From NCBI GenBank assembly GCA_965153285.1, contig OZ229114.1: 64,000 nucleotides of DNA. One strand, written 5' to 3'. Positions 1 through 35,120 of this stretch are shown in pieces (the stretch's first letter is position 1; each line of letters begins with the position of its first letter). Source of the stretch: Podarcis tiliguerta. Lineage: Eukaryota. The notes beneath the pieces are model-generated. The model saw nothing but the letters and a program-made list of their open reading frames with translations, was not told the origin of the DNA and searched no databases. Both the position numbers and the translations under genes were made by a program.

Positions 1-356
1 TTCTATTCTGCACTCGGTCTTGTGGTCGCTCTCTTCTTTCAGCTGGCAAGAGCATAGCTCCTTCCAGTCACTGACATTCTGGATAGCAATATAGTTCTGC
101 TCTGATATTGAAGATTTTGATCCTCTGCACTTCCCTGGTCATCACAGAACTAAGGGTTTGACCAAGTTTCTCTCAGAGTAGACCCACTGAAATTAATGAA
201 CCCAAGTTAGTAATGTCCATTAACTTCAGTGGTAATGAATAGCAAAGCAGGTAGGTATTGGAGCTGAAGCCCCAGGGCTCAAGCAACAGTTCTGAATGGA
301 TGCAACTTGGCAATAAAAGGAACATCCGCTTCCAAAGAGGCTGGGCCCCAGCTCAC

Positions 357-23777
<23,421 letters not shown>

Positions 23778-23898
23778 GGCAAGGCACTTCTTCCTCCTGC
23801 CTTTGTCCGACCAGTCTATCAGCCCGAGAGGCTGAGCAGGACGAAAGTCTCACAGGTTCAACGGAGGGGCGTTGGGCACAGCCTCTCAACAACAGATC

Positions 23899-23911
23899 AT
23901 TAATCGTTAAC
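23899..23911 (-). promoter_or_regulatory. HNF1 binding site in the ABCC2 proximal promoter
   Basis: GTTAACGATTAAT on the minus strand against consensus GTTAATNATTAAC, about 125 nt upstream of the ATG. Confidence 0.6.
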
Positions 23912-25504
23912 TCCTGGTGTGCAGTCAGCCCCATGGATCAAATTCATGAACCTTGGATGGCATAGGCAGAGGAGCTGCCTGGGTATGGCCAGAGACACTG
24001 CAGGAGAGGTGGCGGCGTGGATTCTGGATGTCTTGGATGAGATCCCTCAAGTTGACTCACCACTAGTCTAAGACCCCCTTCCCCAGTGGTGATAAAGTTG
24101 AATAATGCCTGGGAAGAAGGCGTGGGAAGACAACCATCACCCCTTTTCCACACCAGGGAATTTCCTATGCTACTCTCCACCTCCACGGATTTCCAGGACA
24201 GTTTCGGTTTGATTCTGCCCCATTGTTCTTCTGCAGCATGATTTCTGTGGGCAAGGGGTTTCTGAAAGTATGTAGCAGAGTCTTCCCCATTCCAGCAGCT
24301 AGGTATCCCCATTGTGTAATCCTACACAGCCAGTCAAACGTCACAGAGTGTTCTAGTGTCCCATCAGATTGGTACTGCACTGGGGGATCCATAGATCTCA
24401 ACTGGGAAGTACTGAATCACAAAAAGTGGTCTGAGAGGGGGGGGTGGGGGGGTGGGAACTATGAAAGTACTACTCGGGATGAAAGACAAAAACTGAACCT
24501 GTCCCTAGCTACCAGCAGTAGTACTGACATCATTGTGTCCCCCGCCCCCTTGCCCAAAGTGCTCCTGAAACAAACTGAAAAAAGCCAAGAAATTCTGCCA
24601 TCTCATTCTTTATACAATCAATAAACCCAGAGCCGACTGTGATTCATAGTCCTGACAAAAGGGTCCAATGTCCACAGAACAAGCAATTTAAATCCCTTGT
24701 GGTTAATTATTAGATAGTTAATCAAGTATCATCATATTATCAACAATGTCCCTATCTGTACGGCAGCAGTCTGTTAAAATTCAGGAGCACACAACACAAC
24801 CTTAGGAAATGGGAAGTGAAGACCACCTTTCCACAATGGACAACTTTCTAACTCCCAATTCTGCCTTATGCTGAGACACAGGGAAGAGCCAATGTGTGGT
24901 TCTACCACAGGGTGAAATAATTCCTTTCCTACAAATTGGTGTTAATGGTAGGCTGTTGCAACGGTGTTCCCCTTTCTCAGGGTACTTTTATTTGTAAAGG
25001 TGGAGGGGGGCAGAGTTGAATTTCATAGATCAGTGCAGACACATAGGTTCTCAGAATTCACATCTGCTTTGCTCCTTCTCTAGTCCTGCTGTTGTAAAGT
25101 AAGCCTAAGATCATGGTTTGTCTTGCTTCAGATATGGGTCCAGGCTTAGCTTGAAGCAGAAGGCCCAGAGGAGCAATCACAGTCTCTCCTCCTCTGTATG
25201 CCGGAGCATTTGTGCCAAGTCATGATTTGGCTTAGCTTTACTTGTGAGTCATTGTGTGAGATCCACAATGGCCTTTAGCAGCAGAAACCACATGACTATC
25301 TCTTACACAACCTCTGAATCTCTAAACTCCCCTTACCAGAGTCAGATAAAACCTCAAACGTTTTCTGAACTTCTCTGAACTTCTGCTCCTCCTCAAGATA
25401 CTGATTATTCTGGAAGGTTAACTTACCTGAGGAGCTGCCCTGCTTGTCATGAAGCTATGCAAATGGAGGCAAATGCCATAAGGGCAAGAAAATGATGCCC
25501 TTAG

Positions 25505-25880
25505 GGCAACCTTGCAGCCTGGCCACTGTAGTCCATGTGTTGATAAACGTGAGGTTGGATTACTGCAGTGTGCTCTGTGTGGGGCTTCCCTTGGCCTCAT
25601 TCCGCCTGAACTCTTATATCCCAGCTCAGTCACTAAGATCATTTGCAGGAGCGTCGTTGGTCATTCCCCAAATTGGTGGAGATCTGACAATAAGCATCTA
25701 AGCCTTTAGCGTCATCAGTCCAGCACTGTGGAATGTTCTGCCAATAAGGATTAACAGGTTCATGCAGGAAATCAAGAATACCTCTTTCTGTAAAAGTTAC
25801 CTCATTTCTGATTTCAACTTTTCAATATGGTTTTTGTTGTATGGTTTTATGTATAATTGTTGCAAACCACTCTGGTATAT
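25505..25880 (+). mobile_element. Decayed L2 LINE fragment
   Basis: Encodes LATVVHVLINVRLDYCSVLCVGLPL, resembling the L2 ORF2 C-terminal 'SRLDYCN...GLP' motif. Confidence 0.6.
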
Positions 25881-26239
25881 AATTTTTTTATATAAATTAA
25901 TTACATAGAAACTTCACCCACTCTAATGACTTCTGTAGGACAGGATCCAGAACCTGACAACAATGAAATTTTGCTGTCAGGTGTACGGAACTGCAGTGCT
26001 TGGTCACCTTGTGGCCGCTCTCTTAACCCCTGTTCTTGCAATATTGCTTTACCACTTTCCTCTACGTACTTCAAAGAGGTAGTCTTCCACTCCAATCAAA
26101 CTGAGGTGGGGTGAAGGAAGCCTGCAACACCCAATGTGCTCTCCCCCCCCCCCCGGCCCATTTCCTTTGGGAGCAGTTCAAAGTCTTGCCATGGCCTCTA
26201 CAGGAAGAAGAGCCACAGTGATACGGAGTGGCTTCAGGG

Positions 26240-26245
26240 TTTATT
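26240..26245 (-). terminator. CUTC polyadenylation signal
   Basis: AATAAA on the minus strand (tttatt), about 280 nt after the stop. Confidence 0.6.
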
Positions 26246-26523
26246 TGAGAAGAGACCTTAACAGGGAGAGTGTTGCCCGATGGTGAGTGCCCCTTTAATT
26301 AAGCCCCTCCCCATCATTTGCTCCCCACAGACAAAACGGCATTACGACATCTGAGGAAAAAACGCTGTGGAGCAAGTGGGAATAGGAGAAAAATAAGCAG
26401 AGGCTTCTTCATTTGATTGACCCATGTCCTTTAAGGGCTGGCAAGGATGCTGTTGCAATGTCTAAGTCTATGGATTGCGCAGGTCACAGGGCTCTGGGTC
26501 TTCCTGGCCCACAGTAGCTTGTT

Positions 26524-29500
26524 CTACAGGATATTCTTTGCAATTGCATTCAGGGTCCTCACTTTAGCCACATCGGCCACCTTGATGGAATATTCAGGTG
26601 TGGAGAGGTAGGCCCCCATGGTAGCGTAAGGGTTTCTAAAAGAATACCAACAAGTCTTTGGTTACTGTCTGGAACCTGGACCTAGAAGAGCCGGAAAAAG
26701 AACCATCCTAAGTCCTACCCACCGGGCCATAATCTGCTGTCCTGTTGCCATTTGGGTGCTACCTTAACCCATTGCATCTGCAACTATGAACTACAGACAC
26801 AAGTCCATCCCTAATGCAACAATGCCTTGCTCCCAGCTAAATGCACCTGTCAGGTTCCAGTGCCCCAGATGTTCTTAGTCAAGTTACTACCCCAAACGGT
26901 GGAGATGGAAGCAAGGCCTGGGCCCCTCAGTAAGTCAGGACAGAAACTTGCTCAGTTACCTGAACTTCATTCCTGAGTCTTTGACTGAGCGCGCTGAGCA
27001 GTGAAACTCAGAGGCGCCAGAGCCTTCTAAGATTCTCTGCAGGTTTCTCTCGGTTATGCCTCCCCCTGGTGGAGAGAACCCATCACTCAGTCACAAACAT
27101 GAAGTTAAGCAGGAATAGACAGAGCTACATTCTGGGTCATTAAATAGATGGGGGAAATCCCTTTGCTCTGAACCAGGGGCTAATCTTTAGGGTCAATGCA
27201 GGCTGCACTCGCAGCTCTGAAGCAGGCAGAGCTCCTAAATATGCCTCTGGAAGGGAGCAGATGCCCATCAGGTATTATCTTATCAGTTTAGCTGCTGATT
27301 AGCACAAATGGCCCACTGCTTTTGTTTTGCCTGACAGTGATCACTCAGGAACACGATAAGGGAACATTAGTTAATGTTCCTTGATGCCTGGGAATCTTTG
27401 CCTTCATAATGCCATACCTATAAGACTTTAAGGAAGGGACAGATAGCTAGAAGCAAATTGAATTTGGATTGACAGAGGCAAAGAGTCTACAGCAGCAAGT
27501 TAAGCAGGTAGGAGTTGTGCGTGGGTGTCCACACTATTCCTTTAACCTAATGCAGTTTCAGCAGTTGTGACGTCCATCTATTTCTACCACACTCTGTCTG
27601 TTTTTATATCTGCAAATAAATAAATATTATAAAGATTAAATCTTTCATGCACTCTCATCCAAAGGGAATTGCACCCTAAAGCTCTGTTCCTAGACTTCTT
27701 GCCACTTGGGCAAGTGGGGCTGCCTAACAACATGCTTGGTTGGTGCTAGAGTTCTAATCTACGCCAACAAGTGGTACTCACTGCAGAGTCTTACCTGGCA
27801 CTACAACAATCCTGCCCTTAGCCTGAAAAGGAAGAGAAAAGGGGTTTAGTGGTCTTGCTTATTGCACAAAACACACCAAATGGGTAGCACAAATATTCTG
27901 TTAAGGAAGATGTAGAATGTATTTATTTGCAATATTTAATTTCTTTTTTTTTATGCTGCTTTTCAAAGGGTTTGCTCCAAGTAATACTGTCACATTGAGT
28001 TTCTTACATGCTCCTCTAGGAAAGTATGCTCCCACACTTGTCTATCATTGTGTATATTTCACCTCTGCAAAGTCAAACAACTGAGGATTTACCAAGTTTC
28101 ACCTCCATCCTGGGACTGTTGAACTTCAGAAACTATATGCTGTCATATCAGTATCAGCAGGACTGCTTCAACTTCACCCCAGTATTAGAGACTGGAAGCA
28201 ACTTTAAAATAACTGAGTGACTCCTTCGTTGACTTTTTTGTCTGTTGTGAATTCTGCTGGACAGGTGTGAGATATGGGTGTGCCATGCACATATTGCGTA
28301 CTTAACAGAGAAGAAGGGAGCTAATTTATTGCAGTAGCCTATGGGAATTCATGCAATACTGAAAGAAGCTATTGTATCAGAAGGTGCAAGACACAGTTTC
28401 TGTATATTCAATGGGGAGGCCAGTTTTCACCATCATTGAAAAACCCTCACCCATCTGAAGACCATGAAAGACTGCTAGCTAGCATTTCTCTACCCCCACC
28501 ACACTCTGTCCAGTTCCTTGGATAGCCCACTCTTAAGTATGCAAGAAAAGTGTATTAGAGTTACAAATTTGGTAGAGATGACACCTCACCTGTTCTGTGA
28601 GTCGTTTTATCAAGGGCAGTCCCTCTAGAACAGAGCTGTCACAGCCACTAGTCAGGACCCGTTCAAAGCCCATCGATATTAGCGTTTCCAAGGCTGCCAA
28701 AGGGTCATAGACCATGTCAAAAGCTGCTGAGAAAAATGGAGCATGTCAGTCTTTACTGCCAAATCTTCTGGAAAGCAAATCTACTGACATATTCCAGGCT
28801 TTAGCCTAGTCCCAAATCCCTGGTAGACAGACCTAATATGCGCAATTCCCAGAGAACATTCTCATAGTCCCCCCCCCCCCCAAGGTAAGGCCATTGTGCC
28901 TGAGCCTATGTCCTGCAAGTAGGCAGTCTGGCTTTCATTCCCCACTCCAAGCTCTGTAAGAAGAGTCTGCTGGATCTGTCCAATGGCCTATCCAGTCCAG
29001 CATCATGTTCTCACAGTGGCCAACCAGATGCCTGTGGGAAACCAGCAAGCAGAAACTCACCTCTGTGGAAGGTGACTGGCAGAGGGCGGGAAGCAGCTGC
29101 AAAAAGAACAGATCCCGGATGGTTAGTATACCTTTGCTTAGGGGTTGGCTTTGTGAAGGCAATGCTTCTGCTGCTGGCCCTGGAAAGAAAGGAAACTTCT
29201 CCAGATGGTTCAACCAAGGTGGCTGTAGTCATCTGACACCATTTCTGCAATATGGATTCATCATCCTTTCTCATTTCCACTAAGACTGCCCACTAGCTAG
29301 CTCTTTGTATGGCATTTCTTTTCACATTTTGTGTATCAAACCCCTCACACATGTTGGGCTTATGCACTTATTTAAAAAAGTAATCCTGGTGTAGACTATA
29401 GATGTATCCACTCGTTTCCCTAGGTAGCCTGTGGAATAATGAACCATGGAGTGAATGGATACTGGCTTCTGGTTAAAATAGTTTAGCTGCTGTATTTCAG

Positions 29501-32500
29501 CTTGCCTCACAGAACTTTCCCCACCTTTCCTCCTCCTGTGTGCTGTTCTGTGGGGGGGGGGGGGGGACATGCAGGAAGAGGACAGGCTTCACCTAAAGGT
29601 AAAGGTACCCCTGCCCGAACGGGCCAGACGTGTCCGACTCTGGGGTTGCGTGCCCATCTTGCTTAAGAGGCCGGGGGCCAGCGCTGTCCGAAGACACTTC
29701 CGGGTCACGTGGCCAGCGTGACAAGCTGCATCTGGCGAGCCAGCGCAGCACACGGAAACGCCGTTTACCTTCCTGCTAGTAAGCGGTCCCTATTTATCTA
29801 CTTGCACCCGGAGGTGCTTTCAAACTGCTAGGTTGGCAGGCGCTGGGACCGAGCAATGGGAGCGCACCCAGCTGCGGGGATTCGAACTGCCAACCTGACG
29901 ATCGGCAAGTCCTAGGCGCTGAGGTTTTACCCACAGCGCCACCCGTGTCCCATAGGCTTCACCTAGCTAGAGCCAATTTTGGGGGGCATGCAGAGAGAGG
30001 ACAGGCTTCCCCTAGCAAGACTAATTCTTCTTCAGAAGATATACTGTCAGTTTCAGTTAAATAGAGAAAATCGCTAGCAATTATTTTCTTTGCATTTTTG
30101 AGGGTCCAGAAAAACCATAGAGTTATCATTCTTTCAAAAAAGTTTCCTATTCTTCTGGATAATTCTTCCTTCTGTACAGAATTTATGGCTGCCTAACACT
30201 CTCTCATCAGAGCTGCACAGTGGCCCTTCTTACAAACAAAGGTCACTCATCCCAACCATTACAGCGTTTGGCTCCTGCTTTATCTGAATAATTCATTCAT
30301 TTATGGAATGACCTATGGGATGTCCTCCCTCTAGAGCAGCCTTTGTCAAATTAGCTGGGGCTAATGGGAGTTATAGCCCCAAACATCTGGAGGATACCAG
30401 CTTGGTGTAGACTGCCCTAGGAGCACGACTGGTGCTAAAGCGCTGTTGTCATTTTGGCGTCAGGTGAAGCTTCAATATTTCCCCAGCCTCTTTTTTTTTG
30501 GAGTAAGGAGTCAGAAGTTCCGTCACTTCTGCAACTGAAGAGACTGTAGCACCATGGCCGTTTCCCCCCTAATAAGCTCCATTTATATATGTTTTTATAA
30601 ATTGTGCTGCATTGTTTTTATTCTACTGTAACCCACCCTGGGATCACATGATGAAGGGTGGATTAGATGTTCTCTTATACTGTAAATGAATGAATAGCTC
30701 AATATAGCGAGGCAGGCTCTAGTATCTCGTGGATCTTGCCTGTAGGAAATATTTCTTAATTTGAACCATGGAATTATTAGCTGGTGGCACTGTATGACAA
30801 TCACTACTCAAGTACCGAATAAGCCCTTTGAAAAGTAAAGCCTGCTCACCCAGCAATGCTGTGCAGAGCTCTGTATCCACACGTCCATCCTCAGTCAAGG
30901 CTCCAAACACCAACCCATCAGCCCCATGTTGTTTGGCAAGTCGGATGTCTGCTTTCATCACCTCCACTTCTCGGTCAGAATAGAGGAAATCCCCCCCACG
31001 GGGGCGGATCATCACAAATACAGGCACCCTTATACACTGCTTCACCACTTGCAAAAGGCCTGCAGACAAACATGTTTTGGACATGGTGTCAGTCATGTAC
31101 TGGATTGTTCTATGAGTTGGACAAGAAGTGAAACCTAGAACATGGTACAGAGGAACTTAGGAACATAGCAAGATGCCTCATACAAAGGGAGACCACTGAG
31201 CCATCTAGGTCAGTTCTGCCTATGTCTGGAGTAGCCAACAAGATGCCCTCCAGATGTTGGTGAACTACAACTCCAATCAACTGACCACTGACCGTTTAGG
31301 CTGAGGCGAGTTGGAGTCCAACAACATCTGGAGAGCCACACGTTCCCCATCCCAGAGCTAGACCATCAGCACTGGGTCTAAGAGAAGCAAGGGAGAAGAG
31401 AACAGGGCAGATGTCAAACCCTTTTTGCAGAATTTGGGAGAAGGGGCTGCTGAAGGAGGGAAGGTGAAATAGGGTGATTAAATAACAGCCTGTCTTGCAA
31501 AAAGATCAGGAGGTGCTGATGACACAGAAGAACACAAAAAGAGCAAGCAGAACAACAGGTATTTTCTTTCTGTTCCAGGAGCAGAGGGCCTGGAGGGCAG
31601 AGGTCCAAACATTTCTCCACATTGCTTGGCTGCTCAGTACTGCTACATCTTGCAGAGAAATGGTGGATTGGATCTTGCTTGTATGTGCCAACTCACCTAT
31701 AGTAGGTGTTGTTCCTCCTTCCATGAGGTTGGCACACAGTTCAAGGCGGCCAGCACCTGCAACAGGGTCACACATTAAACTTCTGAATATAAGTGGTTTG
31801 CAAGATTTTAACAAAGATCTACATTATGAAGAAACCATGTGGTCCCTGCTATAATCCAACAAGGGAAGTTCGCCCAGCTCCATCATTATATGTCTTTAGC
31901 TGCTAGGCAAAAACCTTCCTCTATAAGCAGGCCTTTGGCCTTTAACTATCTGCGGCCATTTAGAAGTGGGTGGGATGTTTTTTTAAGTATTCCCTCCCTC
32001 CTCCCCTTGGTTTTAATGTATCTATGTTGGGTGTGTTAAGGTATGGGGGTGCTGTTTGTTTGTAAGTAGCAACTAACAAATTTAAGTAATAAATAAAATA
32101 AACCAATGGGTAGGAGTGCTGGAAATTTTCGAGCCAAGAGTGAGATTGGTCACCTGTATTTAGCTTATCCACATAGACTTCAACCCCTACTCAGGCAGTA
32201 ACTAAGAAAGAAAATCAATTAATAGGTGATTTGAGTATCTCAGCCCATGTTTTATAATGCACTGCAGCAAAACAGAGCAGGACCACTTAAGTAGTTAAGG
32301 CAGCTGAAGACAAGGCAAGCTGACATTTATTCATTTAAATTTGCAGTTTGCCCTACTCTCAAAGGCTAGAGTAATTGGGTTGCAGGCAATTAAAATATAT
32401 AAATGCATATCCTGAATCTATGTGTCACTAACCTAGATCAGAACTTTGGAAGTCTTTACTTATTGACCAGTTTATAACATTTAATATCCTACCTTTCAAG

Positions 32501-34681
32501 CCTAAAAGGGTTCATAAAACAGTTTCACACTGCTTGGGGAAGTAAGTGTGCCTCTCTTTTCAATACATATAGCATGTGTACCCAGAGGTGTCCTGGCCTA
32601 GAAAGACCCCTCAATGATCCTTAAGTATTTTCCTCTTCCATCTTTTTTATGGGATTACCTCCTCTCTCTGCATTCACAGCAGACTCCACAGAATCAACAC
32701 ATACTTCCATGAGAAAGCCATTGGCCATTCCTAGAAGAGAAACACAACCAGAGGTTATGGGGCAATCAGGCTCTGTCTCAGAGAAAAGGGACAGACAGTG
32801 ATTGAGAGAGGCGATTCCTTCCACCTCAAGCTCCAGTGCTTTGTCTTTTAACTGGCTTCTTTCATCTTGCTCACCCAAGCACATCCACAGCTCTCAGAAA
32901 CAGAAGCTTCATAGATTCCCCATCAGCAGTAACCTTAAAAAGCCTTAACCTGTCAGTAGCTGCTTTAAAGGGTACACAAAATAAGAACAGAAAGCTTGTG
33001 TCACCATGCGAATTTAAAGAAGAAATCAAGCTTGATCTGTATCAGCTCAAAACAGGTACAGAAAAAACACATGGGAAGTTGAACACTACTTTTGCTGTAA
33101 CTCCTGATCCCCTCGCCTTCTTGCTCTCCCTGGATCTTGTTCTCTGTGTTGCACTGTCTGAACAGATCTGTCTGCCTGTCTATGTGTTTATATGTTTGTT
33201 TATTACCAAATAAGTCACTTTTCAGCCTGGTCTCCCAGAGTAGTATACAAAATTAAATAATAAACATAGAATACCAAATAATTAACAAAAAAGCAACTGT
33301 GAAAGTGGCACATACAAAAATCAGCAGACTAAAAACCTGAAAATTCTAAAATATTTTAAAAGACCTGTGCAATTAAAAAATGTTTACCTGGCACACACAC
33401 ACAAAAAATCAGCACTAGGTGAACCTTCCAATGGAGAGAATTATAAACCTCCGCTATCCCAACTCTTCATCAGCTTCATTACTTACAGGGGCACAGGAGA
33501 AATTACTTAAAGGGGCACAGGAGACATTAATACACTGGCAAGTAACTGCATCATTAAAAGAGACTCTTGAACCTGATTTCTGCAGATTAGCACAAATCTT
33601 AAGTGGAATAAGGGTTTGAAGGGGGGGCTCCAATTTGGAGGATTCAAGGATATGTCACAGCTCAGCGGTAGTGCTTTGTATTCAGAAGGCCACAGGTTCA
33701 TTTCCCAGTAAGTCCAAGTAGGGCTAGGTTGTTCCGTTTGAAACCCTGGAGAACTGCTGTCAAGTCAGTGCAAACAATACTGAACTAGATGGCTCTATGG
33801 TCTGACTCACTTTAAAGTAGCGTTCTACCTTCTGAATAAAAAGCCTGCGCTAGTGATCCAGATTTTTCCTCCTTTCAGAATACTAAATTGAGTACGGCTG
33901 ACTTCCCTTCTACCTTTCTCCAGATATTTCAGGATTCAGGTTCTCCAGCAGGAAGATGAAGTTGAGATGCATGGGAACAGCTGACAGCAAGACCAGCCTG
34001 TAACCTGCAGAGTCTCCCTTAGGCAAAGGCAGAACTTACTCTAAAAACTCCAACAACAGATGGAACTTTGGCCAGTAACATTAAATGTGCATTCTGTAGT
34101 TGACGTCCTTTGTAATGTTTTGTTTTGAAATCTTTTAAGGTAAACAATGCCGCTTTGAAGGTACACTTTGTCTTTATTCTGTAATGTTTTACTCAGGATT
34201 GCTTTATTTGATGCTTCAATGTAGCTTGTAAAGCGCTTCAACTGCCCCCCCCCAAAATTAAATAGAAATTAAATAAATAAATACGCAAGCAAGCCAGCCC
34301 CACTGAGTGCAGGCAAGATTGCAGTCCTCAGGCCTATAGCTACAACCCTGCAGACGCTCACCTGAGAATAAGGACCCCTTTGGGCTCAAAGGCGTTTTCC
34401 GCCTTAAACACATAAAGGCCTGAGCTGTAAAAATGCCAATAAAATCTTTCCCACTTGGTTTTGCTGAATGCACATAGCGGTCTTGAGTGTGCACAACCAC
34501 ATTAAAATTTCTGGCTCCTCTTACACCTGTGGAGGGGGAAAAGGAGGGCTTGAAGTCGCCCGGATTTCCGGCCCCGCCCTCGGGATTCCTCGGGATCCCC
34601 GGCGCTTCCTTCCGGCCGTCCCTCCGCCCACTCACCCTCACACCCTTCTGCCAGGCCCTGCTTCCGGTCCCATCTCCTCAT
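26524..34681 (-). CDS. CUTC: Copper homeostasis protein CutC homolog, 9 exons, about 267 aa
   Basis: Exons (minus): 34636-34681, 32659-32730, 31697-31756, 30850-31059, 29061-29096, 28590-28723, 27795-27822, 26960-27065, 26524-26635 (804 nt, ends TAG). Motifs MEVCVDSVESAVNAERGG, RLELC, MIRPRGGDF, VTFHRAFD, RVLTSG. The exon 1 start is less certain; there is an alternative in-frame ATG at 32728. Confidence 0.95.
29596..29951 (-). mobile_element. Sauria SINE, full length
   Basis: 5' end GGGACACGGGTGGCGCTGTGGG (A box), B box GTTCGAATCC at 29878-29887, ACCTTT-type tail. TSD AGGCTTCACCTA at 29584-29595 and 29954-29965. Confidence 0.9.
33658..33830 (+). mobile_element. Decayed tRNA-headed SINE
   Basis: AGCTCAGCGGTAG...GGTTCATTTCCC head, then the GAAACCCTGGAGA...CTAGATGG...GGTCTGACTCA body common in squamate SINEs. 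A similar decayed copy lies near 21510-21740. Confidence 0.5.
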
Positions 34682-35120
34682 TCCGCCTCGGAGCCGCTCC
34701 GGAGGCGCGGCGGATGTCGGCAGTTCTGCGCCAAACCAGCCCTGAGCTGAGGAGGAAGCCCCGCCCACCACTGGGGCCTCGGCTCCCGCGCGGCGGCGGC
34801 GCACACGCAAGAGGAGGCGCCGTCCTACCTGTCACGTGGCGTCGCGGTCACCAAGTGCGCGGTCGCGGCGTTTCCGGAAATAGCTCGGATTCCTTTCCGT
34901 GTCAAGAGCGAGTTGCTTCCGGGTTGCAGCTTGAGGAGCGATGCTCTTGCGGGCGGCACTAAGAGGGTCTCGGCTGCTGCTGGCCCCACGAGGAACGGGG
35001 TCCCCCGGCCAGGTACTCCAGGGGCGGCGCTTGGTTTCCATAGCAACGGGGACCGGGGTCAAAGATGCCTCTTTATCGGCCGATGGTTGCATAACGAAGC
35101 GACCCCCTGCGGCTCCTCGT
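34550..35120. promoter_or_regulatory. CpG island / bidirectional promoter for CUTC and COX15
   Basis: CpG-dense. Divergent ATGs at 34681 and 34941. E-box GTCACGTGG at 34831, ETS/GABP CCGGAA sites at 34661, 34871 and 34916, X-box at 35034. Confidence 0.85.

Noticed and set aside
27320-27730. Possible solo LTR (TATA-like box, AATAAA, ...AACA end); a similar candidate lies at about 6230-6867
   Set aside because: I could not define a TG start or a TSD. It needs a Dfam/RepeatMasker search.
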